The position numbers were made by a program, and so were the translations under genes. Shown here one piece after another: positions 21,001 to 29,055 of a DNA stretch of 64,000 nt. The notes below the pieces were generated by a model. The model saw only the letters and a program-made list of their open reading frames with translations, ran no database searches and was not told the origin of the DNA. Position 1 is the stretch's first letter, and each line of letters begins with the position of its first letter. The stretch is from NCBI GenBank assembly GCA_016219875.1, contig JACRJZ010000169.1, forward strand, positions 369 to 64,368. Reading direction: 5' to 3'. Source of the stretch: Verrucomicrobiota bacterium (GTDB lineage: Bacteria; Verrucomicrobiota; Verrucomicrobiia; Limisphaerales; JACRJZ01).

Positions 21001-21629
21001 TCGCGTTCAGCATCAACTACAGCAACCTCTCTGGGGCCGCGACCGCGGCGCACATCCATGGCCCGGCCACGACGGCGCAATCGACGGGGGTCGTGGTCAG
21101 CCTTGTGCCGTTCAACGGCGGCTCGTTCGGCACCAGCGGCACGCTGGCCGGCACCGTGACGCTCACGCCTGCCCAACGCGACATGATTAAGAACGGCCTG
21201 GCCTACGTAAACGTGCATACGACGGCGAATCCGGGCGGCGAGATTCGTGCCCAGATCGCGCCGGTGCTGTTGCGCGCCTACCTGAGCGGCGCGAGCGAAC
21301 GGCCCACGCCGGTGTTCAGCGATGGCGCCGGGTTCGCCAACTTCGCGCTGGTCCTCGACCAACTCAGTCTTTGCATCGCCTACGGCGGCCTGAACAGCGC
21401 CGCCAACAACTCCCACATCCACGGCCCGGCCACGGTGACGCAATCGGCCGGGGTCATCGTGAATCTTGCGCCGTTCAATGGGGGCGGGTTCGGCGTCGCC
21501 GGCAGCATGGCCGGAACGGTCACGCTCACCACGTCCCAATTGGGCAACATCCTTGACGGACTGACTTACGTGAACATCCACACCGCGACCAGTTCCGGCG
21601 GCGAAATCCGTGGGCATATCACGAGATGA
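18087..21629 (+). CDS. secreted multidomain protein: type-1 copper cupredoxin + Ig-like + soluble glucose/sorbosone dehydrogenase beta-propeller + 4 tandem CHRD domains
   Basis: Signal peptide MKRYAKCLLAGVCLLAAS. Cupredoxin ligands HTVTSD ... YHCAPHPFMTG. SGDH motifs GLLGLATHPNF, HNGGTMRFGPDGLLYITVGDGG, YAYGFRNPF and GGNYGWN. Four ~120-aa repeats each carry ERP.P ... AAHIHGPA ... YVN(V/L/I)HT...GGEIRGQI. Confidence 0.85.
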   Translation: MKRYAKCLLAGVCLLAASETTRVRAATVDVMIVGFAYDPPTVTVNVGDTVRWTQIDTIAHTVTSDTGAWPSSPLLSVNQTFSLTFTTAGSYPYHCAPHPFMTGTVNVQGTASNAPPTVSISSPTNGASFAQGASITIQATAADSDGTVAQVQFFEGANSLGVVMASPYTVTTTLPSGSHALTAVATDNEGATTTSAAVNIYVNFVPIPNPIAARVPKGDITIELQTIADGMASPLGMAVPDDGSGRMFVYDQAGTIWVVTAAGRLLTPLLDVRSRLLPSAKWDYDERGLLGLATHPNFAQNPLIYTYTSETNLGSPDFPAMGTNVNHQSIIAEWRIDSANTNRVDPASRREILRIDKPQFNHNGGTMRFGPDGLLYITVGDGGNVNDVGDGHMPGGNAQDTMMILGKLLRIDVDGRNAANGKYGLPVDNPFNGVNGLREIYAYGFRNPFAFSFGRLDGELYLADVGQNRVEEVDVIVKGGNYGWNVKEGTFWFDSVSGTVVTEPTRPVPPGLIDPIAQYDHDDGSAVIGGYEYTGTNVTALAGRYVFGDWGSFGAPSGRLYYLDAANMVNELRIGTEDRSLGLWLKGFGEGPDGELYVFGSRVVGPAGNTGQMLKIVPGPAPISISTYSVPGEGAVDTDWSGGVGPFALQKRTDLKAPAWMNVGFTMSRTAAAAEEGPAGFFRVADLAHQPGIALSAYLSGANERPTPVTTSGTGFGLFSLDGNTLTFSIRYGGLSATATAAHIHGPASAAQSASVAISLVPFNGGAFGSNGTLSGMIVLTDAQKAMILAGQSYVNVHTANNPGGEIRGQIAPVLMQTVLNGANERPDPVSTRANGLGVLLLVGNQLTFNVSYRNFTQVPTAAHIHGPATLGQSAGVMISLVPYNGGAFGTNGTLAGSVTLTADQLAAVIDGLTYVNLHTPAHGGGEIRGQIVPQATAVAFSGPLTGLSERPVPITNNAAGSALFSLEGNQLAFSINYSNLSGAATAAHIHGPATTAQSTGVVVSLVPFNGGSFGTSGTLAGTVTLTPAQRDMIKNGLAYVNVHTTANPGGEIRAQIAPVLLRAYLSGASERPTPVFSDGAGFANFALVLDQLSLCIAYGGLNSAANNSHIHGPATVTQSAGVIVNLAPFNGGGFGVAGSMAGTVTLTTSQLGNILDGLTYVNIHTATSSGGEIRGHITR

Positions 21630-21766
21630 AGCCCGGACCGGACCGGACCGCGAGAGAAGACTTTCGGGCGTCCCGTCTGCCGTGCCCCTACGAGGTGAGG
21701 ATCGATTGCCCAATCGAAAGCGAATTCCTGCCTCAGGCCGCAGATGGGGACGCCCGAACGGTCGCT

Positions 21767-22729
21767 TCAGAACACCTCCACGGCCAGCCCGGTCGTCTTC
21801 TTCACGTAGGCGGCGATGCGCGAGAGGCTCTTGAGCGGGAGATGGCCGCAGCCGGAATTGGCTGTGGGGCGCACGGCGGAATAAATCTGCACGAGGGAAA
21901 TCTTCGCGCCGCGTTCGGTGAGTTCTTTGAGCCGCTCCGCGTACTGCTGGATTTCCAATTCCGACGGCTCCTGGCCCGCAATGGTGCAAAAGAGGCTCTG
22001 GATGACCACCGGGCGCTGCCGGGCCAGCGAGAGGATGTTGGCCAGGACTTTTTCCAGTGTGGCCCGCGGGCGGTTGATCCGGTGCATGTATTCCTGCGTG
22101 CCGGCGTCGAGCTTGGCCCAGACCTCGTCCTGCTTGGTGAAGAGCTTCAGTCCCTGTTGCACCGGCGGCAGGTCCAGCCCCGTGGCATTGGTCAGCAAGA
22201 CCATTTTGAAAAACGGAAACCGCCCCAGCGCGCGCACGTGGACCACCGTTTCCACGACCTCGGCAAACCGGGGGCACAGCGTCGGCTCGCCGTCGCCGCT
22301 CAACGCCACGTGCCGCAACTGCAGCAGGTCGTTAGGTAGCGCGGCGAACGAAGGCACGCGCCGGATGTGTCCGGATTCAACGAAGGCCAGCGTGCGGTAA
22401 AGCTCCTTCTCCAGCGTCTCCAGGTCGATGTCGGGCGAGTCCACTGGCTCGTCCCGTTTCACTTCGCAATAAGCACAGTCGAAGGTGCAGGTGCGGGCGG
22501 GCGTCAGGTTCACGCCCAGCGTCAGGCCGCGCGCCCGGGGCGAGATCACGACATAGACGTAGCGGTTGTCGAGGAAGTTGCGCGGGAAGCCGAAGGCCAA
22601 CTCCATCGGCGGCACGCCCGGGGCCGGGGCTTTCTTGCGGGGATCCAGTGCAACGGCGGGTTCCATCGTGATCACGAGTTTGGGGGTGAGGCCGGCCGGG
22701 TCAGCCGACGGCAATGAACTCGTGCTCAT
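21767..22729 (-). CDS. radical SAM protein (TYW1/MoaA-NifB-related small family)
   Basis: CTFDCAYCE (CxxxCxxC) cluster motif and ALSGDGEPTL. The start is uncertain: ATG 22729 overlaps the upstream USP gene by 29 nt, and internal ATG 22606 (MELAFGF) is an alternative. Confidence 0.75.
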   Translation of the reverse strand: MSTSSLPSADPAGLTPKLVITMEPAVALDPRKKAPAPGVPPMELAFGFPRNFLDNRYVYVVISPRARGLTLGVNLTPARTCTFDCAYCEVKRDEPVDSPDIDLETLEKELYRTLAFVESGHIRRVPSFAALPNDLLQLRHVALSGDGEPTLCPRFAEVVETVVHVRALGRFPFFKMVLLTNATGLDLPPVQQGLKLFTKQDEVWAKLDAGTQEYMHRINRPRATLEKVLANILSLARQRPVVIQSLFCTIAGQEPSELEIQQYAERLKELTERGAKISLVQIYSAVRPTANSGCGHLPLKSLSRIAAYVKKTTGLAVEVF

Positions 22730-23261
22730 GCTCGCGCACGGTCAGCACGGGACAGGGCGCGCGCCGGACGACGTGCTCGGTCGTGCTGCCGAGCAGGACG
22801 TGTTTGAGGCCGGTGTGCCCGTGGGTGGAGATGATGAGGAGATCGGCCTGCACGTCGCTGGCAGCCAGGACGATTTCGTCGGCAGGCCGGCCCACGCGGA
22901 CCAGGGTGGTGACGGGGGCCAAGCCGGCAATCTCCGTCGCCGCCAGCGTTTCGAGTTCCTTCCGGCTGGTGTCCTCCATGACGGTGTCGGGCAACGGCGG
23001 CTCCACCGGGCCGAACTCGCCGGCGGGGTAACTGACCTGCACGACGTTGAGCAGCACGAGCGAGGCGTTGAATTGGCGGGCGAACGGCACGGCGTATTGC
23101 AGGGCTTTCTTGGAACAATCCGAAAAATCGACCGGCACCAGAATTCTCTTGAGCCGGAACGGCGACGGAGCCGGGCTGCCGGCGCTGGCCAAGAGTTGTT
23201 CCGCCTGGCGGTCCACTTCAACCACCACGCAGCCAGGTTTGGCTGAAGGCTTGACTTTCAT
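22701..23261 (-). CDS. universal stress protein (UspA family)
   Basis: ILVPVDFSDCSKKALQYAV ... LLIISTHGHTGLKHVLLGSTTEHVVRRAPCPVLTV. Confidence 0.85.
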   Translation of the reverse strand: MKVKPSAKPGCVVVEVDRQAEQLLASAGSPAPSPFRLKRILVPVDFSDCSKKALQYAVPFARQFNASLVLLNVVQVSYPAGEFGPVEPPLPDTVMEDTSRKELETLAATEIAGLAPVTTLVRVGRPADEIVLAASDVQADLLIISTHGHTGLKHVLLGSTTEHVVRRAPCPVLTVREHEHEFIAVG

Positions 23262-23503
23262 GTTCAGCGATCGCGTTTCTGAGTTGCGTGCTTCCGGGAC
23301 GATCTGGGACGTCGCTTATCCCTTGGACCGTTTGCACCCGCCGGACGCCCTGGTCCGGCATCGGGTGCAGGCCCGGCTGGCAGCCTTCGACTTATGCAAG
23401 CGACCGTAGAGCCGCCCAGCCAGCGCAACTACACCGGTGTTGGCAATCAATGCACATTTTTTGTGTTCAACTTGCCTGAATATCAGGCATCTGGCCCGGC
23501 GCG

Positions 23504-23605
23504 GCCGAAGAGTCCTGCCTTCGTGGGGCGTTCAGAATCGCGGATGGATTGCGAAGGCACGCCGAGGTAGCCGAAGAGTCCTGCCTTCGTGGGGCGTTCA
23601 GAATC
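23504..23605 (+). repeat. CRISPR-like unit: two identical 36-bp direct repeats separated by a unique 30-bp spacer
   Basis: GCCGAAGAGTCCTGCCTTCGTGGGGCGTTCAGAATC at 23504-23539 and 23570-23605. The spacer is GCGGATGGATTGCGAAGGCACGCCGAGGTA. An AT-rich stretch (CAATCAATGCACATTTTTTGTGTTCAACTTGCCTGAATATCAGGCAT) lies just upstream. There is no third repeat and no cas gene in the window. Confidence 0.3.
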
Positions 23606-23793
23606 CAGTCGAGTCCGCGTCACGCTCGCAGCGGCCCCGGCGGAATAGAACGGCAAAAAGAAGAGGCAAGAAACGTGGCGAACAGACACAGGCATGAGGC
23701 TCCTTGAACACCCGGCGCCTCGAAATCGCCACAGTGGTCGATGCCGCTTATACGTGACTGGCCGTTGCCGCAGGTGAAGGAGAGGTCTGGACA

Positions 23794-23989
23794 GGGCTGC
23801 ATCAAGCTCGGTTCGGGAGCACTCGTAGCGCACACTTTCCGGTCTGCCGTAGCGCCGGTTTTCCAACCGGCGAGCGTTGGAAGAGGCCAGCCGGCTGGAA
23901 TTTTCACGACCTGGCCGACTGAAAGTCGGCGCTACGGCAGGTTGAAAACCTGCGCTGCCCGGCATGCCGGGCGGGAGCTTGATGCAGCC
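23794..23989 (+). repeat. MITE-like ~196-bp element with 15-bp terminal inverted repeats and three internal hairpins, copy A
   Basis: TIRs GGCTGCATCAAGCTC / GAGCTTGATGCAGCC. Internal hairpins CGCCGGTTTTCCAACCGGCG, CCGACTGAAAGTCGG and CAGGTTGAAAACCTG. An inverted second copy lies at 36235-36432. Confidence 0.75.
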
Positions 23990-24027
23990 TTGCTTGGACG
24001 GGGGCTGTCCGCGGTTCGGCGGTAGTG

Positions 24028-27000
24028 TCAAGATGCGCCCCGCCGGGACTTGAAGAACCGGCCCGCGCCCCAGTCATCGAAGATGGAGTAACTGATTGGC
24101 GTCACCAGCAGCGTCAGGAGCAGGCACAGCATCTGGCCGCCGATGATGACTTTGGCCATGGCGGCGCGGCCCGCCGAGCCGGGGCCGGTGCCGAAGGCAA
24201 TCGGGAGCATCGAGGCCACGAGCATCAGCGTGGTCATCAGGATCGGGCGCAGACGGACGCGGTTGGCGCGCAGGATGGCTTCTTCCCGGTCCAGGCCGCG
24301 CCGGCGGAGCGTGTTCGTGTAGTCGATCTGGAGGATGCCGTTCTTCTTCACGATGCCAAAGAGCATGAACAGGCCGAAGATGGCGTAAATGTTCAGCGGC
24401 TCGTTCAGGACGATCATGGTGAGGAGCGCGAACGGCAGCGCCAGCGGCACGGCCATCATGATCGAAATCGGGTGGACGAAATGCTCGAACTGCGCCGCCA
24501 GGACCATGTACATGAAAATCATCGCCACGCCGAAAGCGAGGAGGAAGTTCTGGCCCGTCTCCTGGAACGACTTGGCCCGGCCCGTGAACACGATCTGGTA
24601 TTCGGGCGGCAGGTTCATGGCGGCGATGTACTGGCGCACCGCATTCATGGCGTCGCCCAACGCGGCGCCGGGAATGAGGTTCGCGATAACGGTGACTTTG
24701 CGCTGGCGCTGGAAGCGGTCGATCTGGTCCGGCCCGCGCGCTTCCACCAGGCGGACGAAGTTGGCCAGTTGCACGAGGTTCTCGTCCCCGGAACGCAGGA
24801 GCAACCCGGCGCGCAGAGTGCCGCCGACGCGCATGGCGATTTGTTCGAGGGCTTCCTTGGTGTTGCGATTCGGCGCCTGGGCGCGGAGCCAGACGTCGTA
24901 TTGGTCGTCGTTTTCCTTGTAGGTGCCGACGATCTCGCCGCCCACCAGCGTGCGCAGCGTGCCGGCCACGTCCGCCACCCGCAGGCCGAACTGGCTGGTC
25001 TTGATGCGGTCGATGTGGACCTGCATCTCCGGCTTGCGCGTGGAAAGGGTGGTGTCGAGATCGACGATCTCCTTGTTCTCGCGCATCCGGGCCATGATTT
25101 GCTCGGAATACTCGGTCAGCTTGGCCAGGTCGGGGCCGAGAAGGTTGAACTGGATTTCCGCATCGCGCCCGCCGCCGCCGCCGATGTTGGAAATGCGTTG
25201 CACACCGGCCCGCACGTCGGGGAATTCCGCGAGGATGCGCCGCGCCTGGACCATGACCTCGAACTGCGACCAGCGCCGCGATCGGCCGAGCCATTGTGAG
25301 AGGCGGCCGCCAAGCGGGGGCAGGCGGCAATAGATGCTGGCCCGGGTCACGTCGCCTTCGCCCTTGCCCACGCGCCCGCTGGTTTCGCCCGCCGTGACCA
25401 GGGTGTCGAGGATGGCCTGCTGGCCGCCGATGCGGATGGATTTGAGCCGCGCTTCGATCTCGCTGCAGAGGCCCGTCGTGCGGGCCAGGCTGGAGCCTTC
25501 CGGCGCCTGGAGGGCGACCTCGAAGTCGCTGGTGTCGTCCTGCGCGAAAAAGGTGAACCGGGTGATGGGGAACAGGACGAGCAACGACGCCACGCACGCG
25601 CCCGCGCCGAGCATCACGACCCAGCGGTGCCGCAGCCCCCAGCCGAGCACGCTGATGTAGTGGTCGCCGATGAGCCGGAGCAGCCAGCCGCCGTGGGCCT
25701 TTTTCTCGCGCGTCGCCTCGTTGGCGGAATGGCGCAGGAAGCGCGACGCCAGCATGGGCGTGAGGGTGAAGGAAATGAACAACGACACCATGATGGCGAA
25801 GGCGACCGTCACGCCATAGCTGGAGAAGAACCGCCCCACGCGCCCTTGCATGAAGGCCAGCGGCAGGAAGATCACCACCAGCGAGAGTGTCGTGGCCATG
25901 ACGGCGAGGGCGATTTCGCGCGTGGCGAAACTCGCTGCCTGGAGGCCGTTCCAGCCTTTCTCCTCCATGGTGCGGTGAATGTTCTCCAGCACCACGATGG
26001 CGTCGTCAATCACGATGCCGACGGCGAAAACCAGGCCCAGCATGGTGAAGTTGTTGAGCGTGTAGCCCATGATCCGCATGAGGGTGAAGGTGGCGATAAT
26101 GGACGCCGGGATGGCCACGCTGGCGATGACGGTGCCGCGCCAATCGTGCAGGAAGAAGAACACGGTGAGCGCCACCAGGATGGCCCCGAGCAGGAGGTGG
26201 AAGCTGACTTCGTGGAGGGACGCGCGAATGAACTTGCCCTGGTCGCGGATGACGCTGAGCCGGAAATCCGGCGGCACCACCGCTTTGAGTTCTTCGAGCC
26301 GTGCTTGCACGCTGTCGATCACGGCCACGGTGTTCACGCCGGACTGCTTGCGCACGACGATGGTGACGGAGTTGGTGCCGTTGAGCCGCGAGAGTGAGCG
26401 CGGCTCCTCCACGCTGTCCGTCACCTTGGCCACGTCCCGCAGCAGAATGGGCTGGCCGCCGGCGCTGGCGATGACGATCTCGCTGAAGTTCTTCACCGCC
26501 TCCATGCGGCCCAGCGTGCGCACGACCAGTTCGCGCGAGCCTTGGTCCACGCGCCCGGAAGGCAGTTCCAGGTTCTGCTGGCGCAAGGCCGTCCGCACGT
26601 CCTCGATGGTCAGGCCGCGCGCGCGCAATTCGTTAATATCCACGGCCACCTGCACGGCCCGGGTGCGCCCGCCTACGAGGTTGATCGCGCCGACGTCGCG
26701 GACGGTTTCGAGATTCTGTTTGAGGATCTTGTCGGCGATGTAAGTGATCTCGCGCAAGTCGCGCGGCGCGCTCACGCTGATCGACATGATGGGGGAGGCG
26801 TCGATGTCGAACTTGTCGATGACCGGCGTGTCGATGCCCTCGGGAAGCTGGGACAGGATGGTGCTGACTTTGTCCCGTACGTCCTGCGCCGCGTCGTCGC
26901 GGTCGCGGTCGAGGAAGAACTGGACGTTGACACGGGAGATGCCCTCGCGGCTGACGCTGGAGAGTTCGTCGATGCCCTGAATGGTGTTGACGATCTCCTC

Positions 27001-27246
27001 GATGGGCTTGGTGACGGTGGTTTCGACTTCCTCCGGCGAGGCGCCGCGGAAAGTGGTCGTCACCGTAATCATCGGCAACTCGACGTTGGGGAACTGGTCG
27101 ATGCCGATCTGGCGAAAGGCAAACAGCCCCAGCACCACGAGGAGCAGGTTGATCATCGTGGCGAAGACCGGCCGCGAGATGCAGAGATCGGCCAAGCCCA
27201 CGCCGCCGGCGGGCGGGGGCGAAGAAGCCGGTTCGGGCTGGGTCAT
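24028..27246 (-). CDS. RND efflux transporter permease subunit (AcrB/CzcA superfamily), pump 1
   Basis: 1072 aa, 12-TM RND topology with two large periplasmic loops. N-terminus CISRPVFATMINLLLVVLGLFAF and VIDDAIVVLENI are RND hallmarks. Confidence 0.9.
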   Translation of the reverse strand: MTQPEPASSPPPAGGVGLADLCISRPVFATMINLLLVVLGLFAFRQIGIDQFPNVELPMITVTTTFRGASPEEVETTVTKPIEEIVNTIQGIDELSSVSREGISRVNVQFFLDRDRDDAAQDVRDKVSTILSQLPEGIDTPVIDKFDIDASPIMSISVSAPRDLREITYIADKILKQNLETVRDVGAINLVGGRTRAVQVAVDINELRARGLTIEDVRTALRQQNLELPSGRVDQGSRELVVRTLGRMEAVKNFSEIVIASAGGQPILLRDVAKVTDSVEEPRSLSRLNGTNSVTIVVRKQSGVNTVAVIDSVQARLEELKAVVPPDFRLSVIRDQGKFIRASLHEVSFHLLLGAILVALTVFFFLHDWRGTVIASVAIPASIIATFTLMRIMGYTLNNFTMLGLVFAVGIVIDDAIVVLENIHRTMEEKGWNGLQAASFATREIALAVMATTLSLVVIFLPLAFMQGRVGRFFSSYGVTVAFAIMVSLFISFTLTPMLASRFLRHSANEATREKKAHGGWLLRLIGDHYISVLGWGLRHRWVVMLGAGACVASLLVLFPITRFTFFAQDDTSDFEVALQAPEGSSLARTTGLCSEIEARLKSIRIGGQQAILDTLVTAGETSGRVGKGEGDVTRASIYCRLPPLGGRLSQWLGRSRRWSQFEVMVQARRILAEFPDVRAGVQRISNIGGGGGRDAEIQFNLLGPDLAKLTEYSEQIMARMRENKEIVDLDTTLSTRKPEMQVHIDRIKTSQFGLRVADVAGTLRTLVGGEIVGTYKENDDQYDVWLRAQAPNRNTKEALEQIAMRVGGTLRAGLLLRSGDENLVQLANFVRLVEARGPDQIDRFQRQRKVTVIANLIPGAALGDAMNAVRQYIAAMNLPPEYQIVFTGRAKSFQETGQNFLLAFGVAMIFMYMVLAAQFEHFVHPISIMMAVPLALPFALLTMIVLNEPLNIYAIFGLFMLFGIVKKNGILQIDYTNTLRRRGLDREEAILRANRVRLRPILMTTLMLVASMLPIAFGTGPGSAGRAAMAKVIIGGQMLCLLLTLLVTPISYSIFDDWGAGRFFKSRRGAS

Positions 27247-27364
27247 GGGATCACCTCTCGCTGCCTGATCGCAATCCGAATCTTCATCTTCGGTCCCTCA
27301 CGGATTTTCGGGGATTCCACGCGGGCGACGGAAGTGAGGGCTTCGGCAGGCTCCAGACCGAAGC

Positions 27365-27525
27365 CCCCAACCCTCACCCTGACCCTCTCCCGTCCGACGG
27401 GAGAGGGAACGCGCTGCACGCGCTCCTTGTGGATCAAGGCCCACTTCATCAAAACGCCTGTCTCGTCACAACGCGTGACCAGGTTCTCCCTCTCCCATCG
27501 GATGGGAGAGGGCCGGGGTGAGGGC
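27365..27525. repeat. composite element: two inverted copies of the CTCACCCC..CCCTCTCCC-loop-GGGAGAGGG hairpin repeat
   Basis: Hairpins CCCTCTCCCGTCCGACGGGAGAGGG (27383-27407) and CCCTCTCCCATCGGATGGGAGAGGG (27488-27512) in opposite orientation. They fill the 337-bp gap between the adaptor and permease genes of pump 1. Confidence 0.8.
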
Positions 27526-27583
27526 TCGGTTCCTTTGGCCTGCGCCGCGCAGGCACTCACTCTCGGGAAATGCGCCAAGCATC

Positions 27584-28690
27584 TCATCTCGCCTTCACCC
27601 TCACTTTCGTCCCATCGCGCAGCTTGGTCTGGCCGGACACCACCACCGTTTCTCCCGGCTTCAAGCCGGCCAGCACTTCCTGCACGCCGTCCCGGATGCG
27701 GCCCACCTCCACGTCCCGGCTGCGGGCGACACCGTCTTCGACTACGAAAACCTTGGTCACGCCGGCGAACGAAACGACCGCGTCCAACGGCGCCACGGTC
27801 GTGGGCACGTCGCGCTCGAAGACGATTTCGCCGCGGGCGAAGGTGTTCGCCTTGAGCTTGCGGTCGGGGTTCTGCACCAGCGCGCCGACACTGAAGGCGC
27901 GCGTGGTGGTGGTGATCTGCGGGCTGATGAGATAGACCCGGCCCTCGAACTTCTGGCCCGGATAGGCATCGACCGTGAAGACCACCGGTTGTTCTTTCCG
28001 CACCTGGGCCGCGTGGCGCTCCGGCACCTGGAAGATGAACTTGAGTACGCCGTCATTGACGACGCGATAGAGCGGCGAGCCGACTTTGAGGAAGTCGCCC
28101 GCGCTGGCGATGCGCTCGGCCACGGCGGCGTCGAAGGGCGCCTTGACGTTGGACCGGGCCAGATTGAGCCGCGCCACGGCTTCGGTGGCTTCGGCAGCCT
28201 TGACCGCCGCGCGGGCCTGATCGGCTTCGGCCACGGCGGTGTCGAGGTCGCTCTGGGAGGCGATCTTGTCGAGGCTGAGCTTCTGCACGCGGCGAAGGTT
28301 CTGTTCGGCATTGGTGGCGGTGGCCTGGGCCCGCGCCAGATTGGCGGCGGCTTGTTTTGCCAGCGCGTCGTAAGTGGTCGTGTCGATCTGAGCGAGAAGC
28401 TGGCCGGCTTGAATGCGGTCACCGAAGTCCACCCAGGTCTTCTCCACGCGGCCCTCGACTTCGGCGCCGAGCGTGGCTTCGTCCTTGGGGAAGAGCGTGC
28501 CGACAATGGCGAAGGCCCGGTCCCACGGCACGTTGGTGGCCAGCGCCACTTCGATCGGCACCACCTGGGCGGCTGGATTTTTGGGGCGGTTGTCTTGCGG
28601 CTTGGAACAGGCCGCGAGGACGCAAATTAGTCCGGCCAGCAAAGGAAGCAATTTGGGCATCGGCGACTTCATTGGTGATCTTGCTCGCAT
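27584..28690 (-). CDS. RND efflux periplasmic adaptor (membrane fusion protein, HlyD family), lipoprotein, pump 1
   Basis: Lipobox LICVLAAC, coiled-coil hairpin, beta-barrel and MP domains (YPGQKFEGRVYLISPQ). The start could be 28690 or the internal ATGs 28672/28660. Confidence 0.85.
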   Translation of the reverse strand: MRARSPMKSPMPKLLPLLAGLICVLAACSKPQDNRPKNPAAQVVPIEVALATNVPWDRAFAIVGTLFPKDEATLGAEVEGRVEKTWVDFGDRIQAGQLLAQIDTTTYDALAKQAAANLARAQATATNAEQNLRRVQKLSLDKIASQSDLDTAVAEADQARAAVKAAEATEAVARLNLARSNVKAPFDAAVAERIASAGDFLKVGSPLYRVVNDGVLKFIFQVPERHAAQVRKEQPVVFTVDAYPGQKFEGRVYLISPQITTTTRAFSVGALVQNPDRKLKANTFARGEIVFERDVPTTVAPLDAVVSFAGVTKVFVVEDGVARSRDVEVGRIRDGVQEVLAGLKPGETVVVSGQTKLRDGTKVRVKAR

Positions 28691-28794
28691 TTAGAAGCCG
28701 AAGTCCGAAGCGATATTCAGCCCGAAATCCCGAAGTCGCCGAGGAGGCAGGGCCGCTCTAAACTCGGCGAGCGGGACGGCTGGTTGGCCTTCGG

Positions 28795-28945
28795 GCCCTC
28801 ACCCCGGCCCTCTCCCATCCGATGGGAAAAGGAGGGCACAACCGTCGCCGGCTGAAATCTGGAGCCGGTTTCGTGACCCCGCGTCCGATGATCTCCCCCT
28901 CTCCCGTCGGACGGGAGAGGGTTGGGGTGAGGGGAAGGCCTTGTT
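28795..28945. repeat. second composite of the CCCTCTCCC hairpin repeat (inverted pair)
   Basis: GCCCTCACCCCGGCCCTCTCCCATCCGATGGGAAAAGGAGGG (28795-28835, degenerate) and CCCTCTCCCGTCGGACGGGAGAGGGTTGGGGTGAGGGG (28907-28944). Confidence 0.75.
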
Positions 28946-28956
28946 CCCCACCGTGG

Positions 28957-29055
28957 GGGTGCCGACTGTAGAGCAGCCGTGCCGAGGAGGAGGCTCACGT
29001 CATTGCAGATTGCAGATTGCGGATTTGAAATCAGAGCCTCACTTTGCCGCGGCTT
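28957..29055. repeat. REP-like element variant with simple-sequence loop, overlapping the 3' end of RND pump 2
   Basis: Left arm TGTAGAGCAGCCGTGCCGAGGAGGAGGCTC, loop ACGTCATTGCAGATTGCAGATTGCGGATTTGAAATCA, right arm GAGCCTCAC. The right arm supplies the last codons and stop of the permease gene. Confidence 0.55.

Noticed and set aside
21630-21766. Distant 10-bp inverted repeat CGGGCGTCCC / GGGACGCCCG between the convergent CHRD and radical-SAM genes, considered as a terminator.
   Set aside because: The arms are ~75 nt apart with no U-tract, which is too weak to call.
23420-23460. Possible sigma-54 promoter TGGCAATCAATGCA upstream of the CRISPR-like unit.
   Set aside because: The GG-to-GC spacing is two nt shorter than the TGGCAC-N5-TTGC consensus geometry. 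No enhancer-binding protein or obvious target gene is nearby.
27243-27587. 114-aa ORF between the adaptor and permease of RND pump 1. Also the 182-aa ORF at 23483-24031.
   Set aside because: Both are translations of the hairpin or MITE-like repeats (SPRPSPIRWERE, PSPVGRERVRVRV, SERPTKAGLFG appearing twice). The reading frames exist only because the repeats lack stops.
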